Positions 14,101 through 26,608 are shown, numbered from the stretch's first letter. The stretch is DNA of 64,000 nt from Trichoplax sp. H2 (GCA_003344405.1 NOWV01000108.1:186001-250000); one strand, 5' to 3'. Notes: generated by a model from the letters alone, not told the origin. A program made the numbers and translations.

Positions 14101-15103
14101 TTGTCAATCTATGCTTAACACGTAGTACCTTGTATCGACGTTGTGGCTTCTAGAACTCCTGTAAATATTCAATATTTAAAAAATCTTTGATAATTATATT
14201 ATCAATGTATTAATATCTGCAATCATGCTATCATTAATTATTTACTCTTCAATTCTACTTGTACACGCAGTAAAACTGACTTATACAAGTAGCATTCTAT
14301 TATACTATACGTACTCTTCGTTATCAAAGTTGGATATTTTGAGATTTTCATGGACATTTTGCTAATGACAATCGATATAATAAACGAATCAACACGGTTA
14401 AGTTAATCACAAAGTAATCACATTCTAATGCCAAATTTATGAGGAAATGCGATCACAATATTAGCCTGGCATTGTGTAATCACTTTCGTGACTTAGTTTC
14501 CTTGACATTGCCTATAATGCGATTCTTGAAGTATGAAACTTTTAAAATTTTTAGAAAAATCAACTAATTTATAATGTAACCACGCAAGCATTGATCATCA
14601 TTACTTCAATGATATCATAAAATATACAGTATCTATACAAATACGTAAAACGCCAAGATCAAATGATCACCAGTACATTCCAAAATAAATGACTGCAATT
14701 TAACGATAACTATGTTACCGTACCTACGTCAAAGTTACTTTGAAACAGCAGTATTTGAACTTAAAAATTGGATATTCTATATATTGAATAGCATCCGCCA
14801 TTGCCCGATATATTTGCGTTAACAAGGCGCGATAAAAAATACAGTAGACTCCTATTTCCGTATTGATTTATCGTGCAGAAATCCAAAGATAGAACAAAAT
14901 TCGATAGCAGACACAGAAAGATCCATCTTCAGTTTTCTACTCTATGTAGCACTTTTGCATAATTACGTATCGCAGCAAGTAGGTTGCATGATATTATTTA
15001 ACGTTTCGTTAGCGTATAGCATTGACTAAACCATCACAGTCTCTTAGGTTAAGAGTGTGATGCATAGCCAATCGGTTAGATGCGTGCATTAATTAATTTA
15101 TAG

Positions 15104-15472
15104 TTAGACCGATTCTACACGCAAATGTAAAGCATTTTTAGGTTTCAGTGTACTGATAGCAACCACCTTTACAGGGATCTCTGTTTCTGGTGATGTCAGT
15201 AATTTAAATCGATGGATGATTTTTGCGATCGATAATTTTATTTCCATTAATGCAAATCTCATGCCAATACAATTACGTGGACCGGTTGCAAAAGGTGAAA
15301 ATGCACATGGATGACGAGCTTCTACAGCTTCCTTGGTAAATCTTTCAGGGTCAAATTTTTCAGATTCCGGCCAAACTTCAGGATTATGATGCAAATAGTA
15401 GAGAGGCACAAATATTGCTACGCTTTGAGGAAATACATAACCATTGCATTGAAAATCGACTTTCGCTTCACG
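15104..15472 (-). pseudogene. 5'-truncated cytochrome P450 (clan 3-like) fragment, paralog of the 17871-19379 gene
   Basis: Open frame REAKVDFQCNG...FDPERF...PFATGPRNCIG...ESV* aligns with the last ~125 aa of the neighbouring CYP. Similarity stops at 15472, with no acceptor AG and no upstream CYP sequence. Confidence 0.8.
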
Positions 15473-15734
15473 GGCATATTGCCATATCAATGTCACTTAG
15501 CTGAGTAAACGATATCATCCTTCTCGGTGCATCTGTACAATTGTGCAACTTTCCAACAAGAATTAATGGGTCGAATGAATTATTTCTTACTAGCTTAACG
15601 TCTTTTCGCTTCACTAACCGAGACATCATACTTGATGTATAATGGTGGTTATTTTATTAACCGTATCTGCAGGTATCTCGCTCGACTGCATCGCTTGCCA
15701 CCGTTTTATGCTGTACTTCTAGCTAGTGTACTGT

Positions 15735-17420
15735 AGTCTGTCTGTTGAGTAATCTGTTTAGTAATCCATCCAACTCTGCAATTGACCTGATGTCAAAATT
15801 CTATAATACCATAGACTACTCGATGCAACAGATAGATCGAGTAGTCCATGATTACATATTATTGCTATCCTCTCTCATTCAGCTCTTTCTATAGTTTATC
15901 TGTTAAGTAATCTGTTTAGTAATCCATTCAACTCTACAAATGACCTGATGCCAAAATTCTATAATACCAGACATTCAGTTCTTTCAACAGTCTGTCTGTT
16001 GACTAATCTGTTTAGTAATCTATCCAACTCTGACCTGATGACTCCTGATGCCAAAATTCTGTAGTCCACGACTACAGTTGGACATTGTTGCATATTGTCA
16101 ATCTCTCTTTCAACTCTTTCAACAGTCTGTTAAGTAATCTGTTTAGTAATCTATGCAATTCTGCAAACGACCTGATTGTCGTAACATCGCCTGTCCTGTA
16201 AACTACTGCTTGTTACCTTGTAGTGTACGCGCCATAGAAGGTGGAGAATCCTAGATATCTTACAATACTATTTACGGCTTATCTACATCTTATCTACTGG
16301 ACTAGATTAAGATCACATGCTACAAATGTTCACGTGCATTAGGATATGTTATTAAAGTTCTGTTGGTACTAGAGATCTGCACGAGATCTGTTGTCACAGT
16401 TCTTACGTCTAGTTAACGTGTGTATTATATCGCGCTTGGCATGTACTCCCACTAAAGTAGACTAAAAGGAAAGCTTAAAGTCTCAGATTCTTGATCTCGT
16501 TACACTGATGACCCTGATACCGCAATTTTGTAGTCTATAACTATATTTGGGCATTGTTGGATATTGTCAATCTCTCTTCAGTTCTTTCAAGAGCTCTTAT
16601 ACAGTAGGTTTATCCGCTATAGGTCTTGTAAGACCTATAGCGGCCTGCCTGTTAAGTAATCTGTTAGTAATTGATGTAATTCTGCAAATGACCTGATGAC
16701 CCTGATACCCCGATTTTGTAATCTAGAACTATATTTGGGCATTGTTGCCTATTGTCAATCTTTCTTCAGCTCCTTCAAGAGCTCTTATAGGCTTATCCAC
16801 TATCGGTTTTATAAGATCTATAGCGGAGTATCTGTTAAATAACCTGTTTAGCAATTCATGCAATTCTGCAAATGACCTGATGACCCTGATACCGCAATTT
16901 TGTAGTCCACAACTATATTTGGGCGTTGTTGGATATTGCCAATCTCTCTTCAGCTGTTGAAAGAGCTGAAGAGAGTTTATCCGCTATAGGTCTTGTAAAG
17001 GTCTTGTAAGACCTATAGCGGCCTGTCTGTTAAGTAATCTGTTTAGTAATTGATGCAATTCTGCAAATGACCTGATGACCCTGATACCGCAATTTTGTAG
17101 TCCATAATTATATTTGGGCATTGTTGGATATTGTCCATCTCTCTTCAGCTCTTTCAAGAGCTCTTATGCAGTAGGTTTATCCGCTATAGATCTTGTAAGA
17201 CCTATAGCGGCCTGTCTGTTAAGTAATCTGTTAGTAATTGATGCAATTCTGCAAATGACCTGATGACCCTGATACCCCAATTTTGTAATCTAGAACTATA
17301 TTTGGTCATTATACGTACAGTATACCCTGATTCCTTGTAGATTATACTATATATGACTATATTTGGGCATTATTGATGGCGTCCAATATCGTCCCATCTC
17401 TTTCAGCTCTTTCAATATCA
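15735..17420. repeat. Degenerate tandem array, ~185-195 bp unit in the younger part, with internal palindromes
   Basis: Recurring core 'gtctgttaagtaatctgtttagtaat...ctgcaaatgacctgatgaccctgatacc'; full units start at about 16508, 16695, 16880, 17074 and 17262; shorter, more diverged units at 15735-16175. Confidence 0.9.
16177..16504. mobile_element. Putative solo LTR (328 bp) with 5-bp target-site duplication
   Basis: Insert begins TGTCGTAAC and ends CGTTACA (TG...CA), is flanked by CTGAT at 16172-16176 and 16505-16509, and interrupts the satellite consensus 'gacCTGATgaccctg'. ATTAAA at about 16351. Confidence 0.75.
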
Positions 17421-17870
17421 TTTTGTTAGTCTAGAGTCGAGTATCATGTGACCAGCAGCATGATGCTATGGAATAGTGAGTGCTATATTATGACTGATGT
17501 ATAACTTTCATGTTAAAAATACATACTGTAACATGATCGCTCTACTAATATGAAAGACTGTCAGATGGTACCATGGCAATGGAATGACTGGCCTGTAATC
17601 AACTTGGAGGAATTGACCAGCGATCGGTAGGTGTTTTTGTTGAATCATTTCTCTTTTCCACGATAACCCAAATGGTGAAGAGTTGAATATTGTCATCGAA
17701 ACGACAACATGTTTAGCTTTGTCAATTACTAAATTACTCTACTACAGAATAGAAAGTCTGCAGTCGCAATCTTGTGATCACGACGAACTGAACCCTTCTC
17801 ATTTGGATACATTATTCAACCTTAAAGCATTCCTCAAAGCAATTGAGATCAGCTCCAAAGCGGCAATATC

Positions 17871-19379
17871 ATGCAGTTCTCTTGGCTATCGGAGTTGTAT
17901 GATCACTCTTATTTTCGATATGTGTTGATCGCCATAATCATCGTTTGGCTCTACATCAGGTATATTACACCATTGCAATATTTTAAACGTTTAGGAGTCG
18001 TTACACCTCCTGCTTATCCTGTAGTGGGTACAATTTTAGCTGATACCAAGCAGGGAATATCCAATGTTGAATTGCAAATGATTCAAGTCAAGAAATATGG
18101 TGCCGTTTTTGGTATATATCTTGGATCGAGACCGTCGTATATGATATCCGATCTAGAGATGATTAAGCAAATCTTTATCAAAGATTTCTCCAAATGTCCT
18201 AATCGTGCTGTCTTTTTAAATATTCCTCAGTCTGAGTTGGGCATTGTCAACCTCAAAGATGATCGATGGAAACATGTTCGAACAGTTTTGAATCCAACTT
18301 TTACCGCTTCAAAAATGAGACAAATGTTGCCCATTATGGCCGAATCTGTGGATACTTTATTAAAAAAGATGGAAAAAGTAGCTGATAACGATCAATCCAT
18401 TGATATAGCGGAATGGTTAAAATTACTGACTATGGAGGTTATTGCTGCTAGCGCTTTTGGCACCAAATGCGATGCTCAAAGTGGTGCAAATGATCGCCTC
18501 ATGGAAAGTGCTTCCGCTGTTTTCCATCCACATCCTTTAGCTATCTTTTGCTCTTTTATGATACCATCGTTAGCAAGAGTTTTTATAGGACTTAATAGAT
18601 CGTTCACCAATGGCTTCAATTATCTCGTAAAAGTAATCAAAGGTATCATCGATAGTAGACGCCAACAGGGTGCTACTGAAGCCAATTACAAAGATTTACT
18701 CCAACTCATGATCGATGCTAGCGCAAATCCCGATAAAAGAGGACTTACAGATGACGAAATTGTCGCCCAATCCAGCACTTTTATGTTAGCAGGTTATGAA
18801 ACAACCAGTAGTACTATTTCTTTTACTGCTTATCTATTAGCCACTAATCCAGACATACAAGAAAAATTAAGGGAAGAAATCAAAGATATCTGTAATGATG
18901 AGCAAGATATTACCTATGAAATGATTGCCAATATGCATTACTTAGACAACGTCATCAACGAATCGTTACGATTATACCCACCTGGTTTTATATTGCTACG
19001 TGAAGCCAAAGTCGATTTTCAATGTAATGGTTACACCATTCCTAAGGATATGCCTATCTTCGTGCCTGTATACAGTATACATCGTAATCCCGAAATTTGG
19101 CCAGAACCTGAAAAATTCGATCCAGATAGATTTACTAAAGAAGCAGTAGAAGCTCGTCATCCATGTGCTTTTCTACCTTTTGGAACTGGTCCACGTAATT
19201 GTGTTGGTATGAGATTTGCACTAATGGAGATCAAATTATCTATCGCCAAAATGATGCTTCGATTTAAATTGGTTACATCACCAGATACTGAGATTCCACT
19301 ACAGCTTCGAGCTGATACTACCTTAGCACCTAAAAATGGCATACGATTACGCATTCAATCTGTTGAAAAAGAAAGTTAG
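17871..19379 (+). CDS. Cytochrome P450, clan 3 (CYP3-like), intronless, 502 aa
   Basis: N-terminal membrane anchor, WxxxR (WKHVR), I-helix AGYETT, ExxR (ESLR), FDPDRF, heme loop FGTGPRNCVG. Confidence 0.97.
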   Translation: MQFSWLSELYDHSYFRYVLIAIIIVWLYIRYITPLQYFKRLGVVTPPAYPVVGTILADTKQGISNVELQMIQVKKYGAVFGIYLGSRPSYMISDLEMIKQIFIKDFSKCPNRAVFLNIPQSELGIVNLKDDRWKHVRTVLNPTFTASKMRQMLPIMAESVDTLLKKMEKVADNDQSIDIAEWLKLLTMEVIAASAFGTKCDAQSGANDRLMESASAVFHPHPLAIFCSFMIPSLARVFIGLNRSFTNGFNYLVKVIKGIIDSRRQQGATEANYKDLLQLMIDASANPDKRGLTDDEIVAQSSTFMLAGYETTSSTISFTAYLLATNPDIQEKLREEIKDICNDEQDITYEMIANMHYLDNVINESLRLYPPGFILLREAKVDFQCNGYTIPKDMPIFVPVYSIHRNPEIWPEPEKFDPDRFTKEAVEARHPCAFLPFGTGPRNCVGMRFALMEIKLSIAKMMLRFKLVTSPDTEIPLQLRADTTLAPKNGIRLRIQSVEKES

Positions 19380-21099
19380 CTGCATTGATGATATTTGAAT
19401 TTCAAAGCGCTATGAAGAAAACGGTCACTCCAATTTTCTTAGTGCTAATTTATCAGAACTAGCTATCGTATTTCAGTACTGTTAAACCGATCTATCTACA
19501 TCCTACAATTATGAAGTTCGCTATCTGATTGTCGGTGCTACTATATCAATTACTATCAGGGTTGTAATGACGTATTTTAACATTGCTAGTAAAAAATTGA
19601 CATGAACTGCAAGATTGTATTATAGTGTACGTTGATGGTAATAATGTTGATGATACAAATAAAATACAAATGTCTAGTATATGGTATATGGTTCTATTGC
19701 ATATGAAAGCTGTTCAGTATCACAGAGGTACACTCTAAACTATATTACTATATTAATAGCCTTTGCAAATGTATTCATTACTATCAAGAAGATAGTCGAT
19801 AAAGCGATTATGGTTTCAATTACTATCATATCAGTATAAAACAGATATATTCTAAATGGTATTCAATAGGTGGACCTTGTTATTCTCGCAGTTTAGCAAT
19901 TATTATAACTTTGTAGCCTCTACTTATCGACTTTTATGTAGACACTAATGATGTCTTGGAGTAATACTCAAATTGAATTGATAATCAGTAAAAATTATCA
20001 AGATGTAGCAATGCATATAGTAAGAGTGTTTTGAAAAGAATGTACAGTACACGTCAAGTTTGAGAATCCTCTAATTATGATATTGTAACATTTTATTTTG
20101 CAATCGATCATGTATCGATACCCTAGATAAACGTATAATGAATATTTAAAGTGAATTAAATTGATCAAAGTATAGTTTAGTATATTGCATCCTGCTTGCA
20201 AACGATAGCATTACTATGGCTCTATTCACACATAAATATATTCAGCATAACTGAAAGAATGCGAAGAGCTTACATTTTAGCAAGTCATGCTAGCTATGCT
20301 TCAAGTCATATTAGACAGGTACAGTTTTGTAATTATTTACTATATAGGATGTGATATTGTTTACAGTTAGATTAACATAATATCATGTACTTGTATGTAC
20401 TTACGTGAGTTTTAGTGATGATATACCTTATATTTTACGATGGTAAAGACGTGCATTCTTCAAATTGAAGAATTTTTTAAAGAGCTACAATCATAAACTT
20501 ACGCTATTGTATGCTTAGCAATTACCCTAATAATAATGGTAAAGTAAAGCAATCGGCTTTCACGTAAATAAGAAAATCTATAATTGCATAGAGATCAGAT
20601 CTTTTATTTGATAATTTCATCAAATTGTTTAAACTAGTACAGATAAAATCTGGTCTTTCATAGTTAGAAGTTATAATCTTCAATAAATGATTGTTAACCT
20701 TGCTAACATGTAATGAGTTCTCCAACATGGATACATGCACGTTTGCATGCTCACTTAATCATACTCCGATTGTGCCAATATACAGTAATAATAGTAGGTT
20801 TTTACTACTTACTATTTCATAAATCATAAACATGTAATACAATAAATAACATCTGTTGGTTATATAAATTATAACATCAAGTTTTTACGATTTACAGCCT
20901 TTGAATGAAATATCATAATTAAGTTAATGATCACATGTGGTAGTAATAGTAGATTTGACAATTGAAGTAATGTTAAATTATTTTTTGATGTGTTTACGAA
21001 TCTAATTTTAGTTATCGTAACAGACTGTAGTCGCCACAATTTTGTACTATGTTTTAACTGGAAAGATACGGCAACCTTTTTAGAATTACATTAATGATA

Positions 21100-22596
21100 T
21101 TAGTTAGATTGTACTTGCAATATTATACTATTCTTTGGGCCAAGAATAGATGTCGATTCTAGCTGGAGTGGAATTTCGGTTTGTTGGCATGTCGTAAATT
21201 TGTAGCGTCTTAGTATAGAAGCTAGTACAAGTTTAATTTGCATGATAGAAAATCTTGTACCGATGCAATTCCGAGGTCCATATCCAAATGGTAAATAACA
21301 ACATGGTTCTCGTTTTCCTTTTTCTTCTTTTGTAAATCGATCAGGATCGAATTTTTCTGGTTCTACCCAATACAATTGATGATGGTGAATTCCGTACACT
21401 GGAATTAGTATTATTGCTCCTTTATTGAAATGATATGTCTTCATTTTAATATCATATTTTGTTCTACGAAGGATAAAAAAATCGGGTGGATAGAGTCGCA
21501 ATACTTCTTGTAACACCATTTCAAGATATTCCATTTGGAGAATCATATGATATGTAATTTCTGGCTCATCGAGACAGATTTTTTTAACCTCAGCAATAAC
21601 CTTGTCTTGTATTTCTGGATGCAGAGCTAGCATGTAGCCTAATAATGTAATACTAGTACCAGTGGTTCTATAACCAGCCATTAGAAAAGTGATGGCTTGA
21701 CAAATAATCTCATCATCTATCAATTTGATACTGTGATCGCCGACTGCAGAATTTAACATTAATTGTAATAAGTCTTGGCATGATTTTTCATCATTGTCCA
21801 TTTTCTTTCGCTGTTGAATGATTGCCTTAATCATAAATTCAATATATTGGAGGCTATTGCAAAATTTTCTATCTAACATAATCCAATATCTGGCGAAAGA
21901 TGGACATAGAAATGTCAAAATAGCAACGTAAGATCGTATCTGGAACATTGATGTCGCACATTGTACTAATTTATCTTCTCTATCAGTTTGTATATTAGCT
22001 GTCATTCCGAACACATTTGCTATGATAATTTCCAGTGTCACGTCATTGGCCCATCTCGTATAATCAATAGGTTGAGCAGTATTTACGAAATTAGCTAGCC
22101 TATGTAGATGGGCTTTGATGGAACTATTCATCAAAGGAACTAATTGTCTCATTTTAACGGCACTAAATGCGGGTGCTAATATATTACGAATACGTTTCCA
22201 TTGGCAATCTTGTAAGTTGAACAATCCATCATCCAGGAAACCGTTGCGAATAGTTGGTCGATTAGGAAAATGACAAAAATCGTCAACTGTAATTTGTTTT
22301 ATAATGTCTACATCTGCAATAACATAACATGGGATTCGTCCTATAAAGATTCCGTATACATTACCATATTTCTTAATGCCATCGATTTGTAGTACATGTA
22401 GAGCTGAACACGTTTTAAAATATTCATTTAGTGCAGTAATAGTTAATAACTTGGGTTTAGGACTAGGAATTCGTTGTTTTTTAAAGAAATTGACTAATCT
22501 GATATATTTTATGTAGCACCATAGGGCAATAGTGAGAAAAGCAATCGAGTATCCTAAGAAAGAGTAACTTGTCAAATTTACGTTGATAACTTTCAT
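21100..22596 (-). CDS. Cytochrome P450, clan 3 (CYP3-like), intronless, 498 aa
   Basis: Membrane anchor, WKRIR, I-helix AGYRTT, EVLR, FDPDRF, heme loop FGYGPRNCIG. Confidence 0.96.
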   Translation of the reverse strand: MKVINVNLTSYSFLGYSIAFLTIALWCYIKYIRLVNFFKKQRIPSPKPKLLTITALNEYFKTCSALHVLQIDGIKKYGNVYGIFIGRIPCYVIADVDIIKQITVDDFCHFPNRPTIRNGFLDDGLFNLQDCQWKRIRNILAPAFSAVKMRQLVPLMNSSIKAHLHRLANFVNTAQPIDYTRWANDVTLEIIIANVFGMTANIQTDREDKLVQCATSMFQIRSYVAILTFLCPSFARYWIMLDRKFCNSLQYIEFMIKAIIQQRKKMDNDEKSCQDLLQLMLNSAVGDHSIKLIDDEIICQAITFLMAGYRTTGTSITLLGYMLALHPEIQDKVIAEVKKICLDEPEITYHMILQMEYLEMVLQEVLRLYPPDFFILRRTKYDIKMKTYHFNKGAIILIPVYGIHHHQLYWVEPEKFDPDRFTKEEKGKREPCCYLPFGYGPRNCIGTRFSIMQIKLVLASILRRYKFTTCQQTEIPLQLESTSILGPKNSIILQVQSN

Positions 22597-23652
22597 TATT
22601 ATTCGGATATCTTGATATTTATAGACATAAGTAAAGAGTAGCTTGAAAGATCTGACGCATTATATAACAATTTTGCGGTAAAATGATGAGCTTCGATGCT
22701 GTTATAGCTAAAATTAGATGTAAATGTGCATATACATAGATGAATGTAAAGATAAAAGTATTAATCGTACAATTGTGACATTGCATACTATAAACTGAAA
22801 ATAGTTTTTTAATTTAAATTAGTATTTCTATAATTACAGATAATAAATACATGTCTGAGGATATCTAGAGTACTTACACTGTGTAATGCTTTAACAATAA
22901 TGTAACATTTAACTAAATTTTTAACTTGGATACGAAAATAGACATACGCTCTCAGCAAGAGATTGTAATGGTTTAGCTTACAATGTGTGGATGAGTATAT
23001 AAATTCTCCATCCTTCTAATGCAGTATGATTTTATGGTTATAAACTGATCTGAGGCGCTTATATACCGCAGGGAGACGATAAATTTAAAGATCTCCTTGC
23101 TATGTGTTTATGGTATCAGATTTGCAACTACACCTCTGGTCGTGCATTGTTTCAATAACCTAACCTATTTATGATTTTTTAAGATATACAATTAAACTTT
23201 GAAGTATTCCGATACTCCATAGTAAAATACTAGCATGTTCCTCTATATTTTAATATTACGTAAATCAGTTTTATCCTTGAATCGTTTTTATTGCTAGCAT
23301 TAAATTTACTCCGTAATGAATTTTATACAAAGAACAGAACAAAATATATATGATTACGCAGTGTGTCTGGTAGCACAACATTCATACTGTACACACAGTC
23401 TCTACTCTGTTAAGTTTAAGAATCAATCAGAAATCATTAGCTACAATATAAAAATATATCTTGTAATTGTATGATAATCTACTTAATTATACACAGTCGA
23501 AGTCAATATAGAGAAATATTAGTATCAACCTTCTTTGATGTCAATGAATGATATCTATAATTTTTTAAAGTTCAAAATTCTGTGATATTAAGCCTGTTAT
23601 CGCAATTTGTGTAAATTATATTGTAGTGTTTCAGAAAATCATTTAAGATAAA

Positions 23653-26608
23653 TTAATTTTGGCTTTGAAGTATATTACGCATTATTTCAATCTTTTTACT
23701 ATCCCATCCATACGACTTTAATGGGCCATTCACGACATTTAGATATTGATCCAGTAATGCTAATCCATTAGTGCGGAAATTGAATTTAGATAAAATTATA
23801 TTACTGGAAATCTCTGAGTACCGATTGAGATGTTCGTCATTATTATTATTACAAGTTTGGCTTCCGATATTAGAGCTGACAGTAATTTGCTCTTTTTGGA
23901 TTGCATCGTCCTTAAAATAATAACAATGCCAATAGCACATCTCTCCAGCGTAAGCATATGCCAAAACATGAGTGTCACTGTAAATTCCTAAGAATTACAC
24001 GAAAGAAGAAATCGTGTTTAAGATTATAAGATGATTACATAGATAACTAAGCTGCGACAGTAATTTAATAACGATCATCAAAGTACATTACCTAGTAGAA
24101 TTGAGCTGTATTAGAACTAAACTGTTGTCATCAAATTGAAAATTTGCGGGGCTGAGAATATACACCCATGAGGGGTTATGAGTTAAGTAAACTCAAAGTT
24201 TTACTTACATTAATTAATTAATTGTCATTTCTTCCTAATTTGAATGCAGAATTATGTTATAGGGTGATACTATTTTACAGAAAATCTTGTTTTTCTAGTA
24301 ACCCGGGAGTAGAATTACAATTAGTTGGGGTTTATAAACTTCGTTTGATGTTAAAAAAAAATGTAATAATGAATGAGTCGATTTATTATCCATGTTATAC
24401 ATTGGGTGGGTTAGTAAACTTGCTGTTAGAGCTTATTGTATAAATTTAATCGGATAATACATCAATGGTTAGATTTTGTTGACTAAGAGGCTATCCGTTT
24501 GTGAAATGGAAATTGTTTGTTTACAGTATAACATTCTATATGAATCTTTCTAGAAATGCAATAATTTTTAGATTTGGAGTAAGTACAGCGGATAATAATA
24601 TTGATGCAGGTTTTAGGGTACTACAATTACGGTAACAAAATTTAAAAATACAACCGGATTAATTATTTCAGTTGTATATACCTTGTTTAATTAGTTTGAA
24701 AGTGGCTTCATCATTGTACACTATATCCTCATCTTTATCATCAGAATTAGGTGCTTTGCGAATATTTAACATCCGTATTAGAAAGGCAATGCCTATTTTT
24801 AATAGCTATGAAAAATATATGTACAGTTGATTGAGTATTTCAGAAGAGAAAATTGTAACAGGATTTATTAGTAAAATAAATAAATTACTGTTGAAAGTAC
24901 TGTATTTTGGTAATTCCTAAATTTATGTATGACCTATCAGCTGTAATGAAAGGAAATGAGATATGAAAGAATCGATGACTGATACGTACCTGTAATATTC
25001 TATTACCAGGTGAATTTAAATTTTTCTTAGTATTTTTAATCGTGTGGCAAAACATGTATATTAGCGCACCACAACGCCAGAATAGACATTCCTTAATTTC
25101 GATGGAGAAGATATCCTTTCCCTACATTTAAAGTTGATGTTTAAAAATCCATTTATCTTCTTCAGGTAGAGATAATAGCCTATCATATGCTGTAAGCAGA
25201 TTTTGTAAGAAAATAAGTAATTTAACATATAGCAAATCTTACTGCAGAATACATTGTACGTAATTTCTCTTCCAGTTTAAAAGGCTTATTTAATTCATCT
25301 GAAAAAAATGACATGAACAACATGAATTGAGATTTTACTTGAAATTCCCCCAAAAAGGCGATCTTCATGTGGGCGATCATGAGATACCAATAGACAATAA
25401 TGCAGCATAAAGCCTAATATTTGAAATGACTACTGTGAATATTAGGGTATTATGTTCTTTGTAGGTTACTTTATAGGCACAATAATTACAAGAGTAGATT
25501 ACTGAAATATTACTCTTATAGAATACAAGATGCATCACCGCTGGGTGCAAAATGAAACCGTACAGGCGCGATAATAACTTATTTGATTGCAAGCTTTTAC
25601 CTACAATACTTTGCACAACATCATCCGCGTTGGTTACTAGGAAATTTTGATCTAATAGTTTGCATTCGTTATAATAAGTCTGATCGAGTAGAGCCTAGAG
25701 GAAATACGAATATAAAATTAATTAGATTTTAACTGATCGAAACTTATCGAGACAGTTCATGTTGAAGTCCATTGAAAAGAATTAGTAGTATAGTACCGAT
25801 GTTAATAAATTAGTTTCCATGAATATTGCATGGACTTTGATATTACCGATCGATTCAACTAGTTCATCAACATGTTTACATGCATAGGCCTTCACCACCA
25901 ATATATTTAGAACATTACCTGTACGTACAATGATAGGGCATTATTGATTCTATCCATCGTACTGTCTGCTAATGGGCTGAAGAAAGAGTTGAATCAGGCT
26001 TTATCAAGACAAGACCGCCGGTATAGAGAGAATTGTTGATAATATTCGTATAACTATAATAAGTTTCAAATTGTACTCGTATGTTCGAACTCACAGGGTC
26101 AGGTCGCTTTGTACAAGCGTTTCCACAACGATTTGAGCATCTTTGCAATTTTTCACAGATTTATCTAATAATGAGTGATCATCTACTATGGATAAGGCAA
26201 TCAATCAATCAATAGGAAAAATATAACACATCGATCATTGATAGCTATAGCCTATGGTTTAATTATGTTATCGAAACAAGATTTCGACTTGGGTGGCATG
26301 CAGTAGGCATATACGTACAGTATGGGTAGCAAATATCTAGTTCAATTACATCAAGCGTAGAGTTAATAAAATAATATGAAACTGTTCCTAGGCTATTGCG
26401 TGTACCTTAGAAATAGTACCCTATAAAGTTTAAAATAGATACTAACAAATACCCTGTAATGCGATGATAAAGAAGAGGGTGCTGCTAAATCTGCTAATTC
26501 ATAACAAAATGAGTAAAATAGCTCACCAGAATCTTGAGACCGCTTCTGATCGCAAAATGATTGGATTGAATGAATTTCATCTGTTAGATCTTGCAGAAAA
26601 GATTCCAT
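23653..26608 (-). CDS. RIMOC1: RAB7A-interacting MON1-CCZ1 complex subunit 1 (C5orf51/UPF0600 family), multi-exon
   Basis: Exon fragments DDHSLLDKS (about 26180), ALLDQTYYNECKLLDQNF (about 25695), IKECLFWRCGALIYMFCHT (about 25100) and IYSDTHVLAYAYAGEMCYW (about 23985) match conserved C5orf51 blocks. Some internal exon boundaries are unresolved. Confidence 0.82.

Noticed and set aside
16505..17300. Hammerhead ribozyme (retrozyme) tandem repeat, suggested by CTGATGA in each unit
   Set aside because: No stem II followed by GAAA and stem III after CTGATGA; the minus-strand CTGAAGA has GAAA only 3 nt before it, so no hammerhead topology fits.
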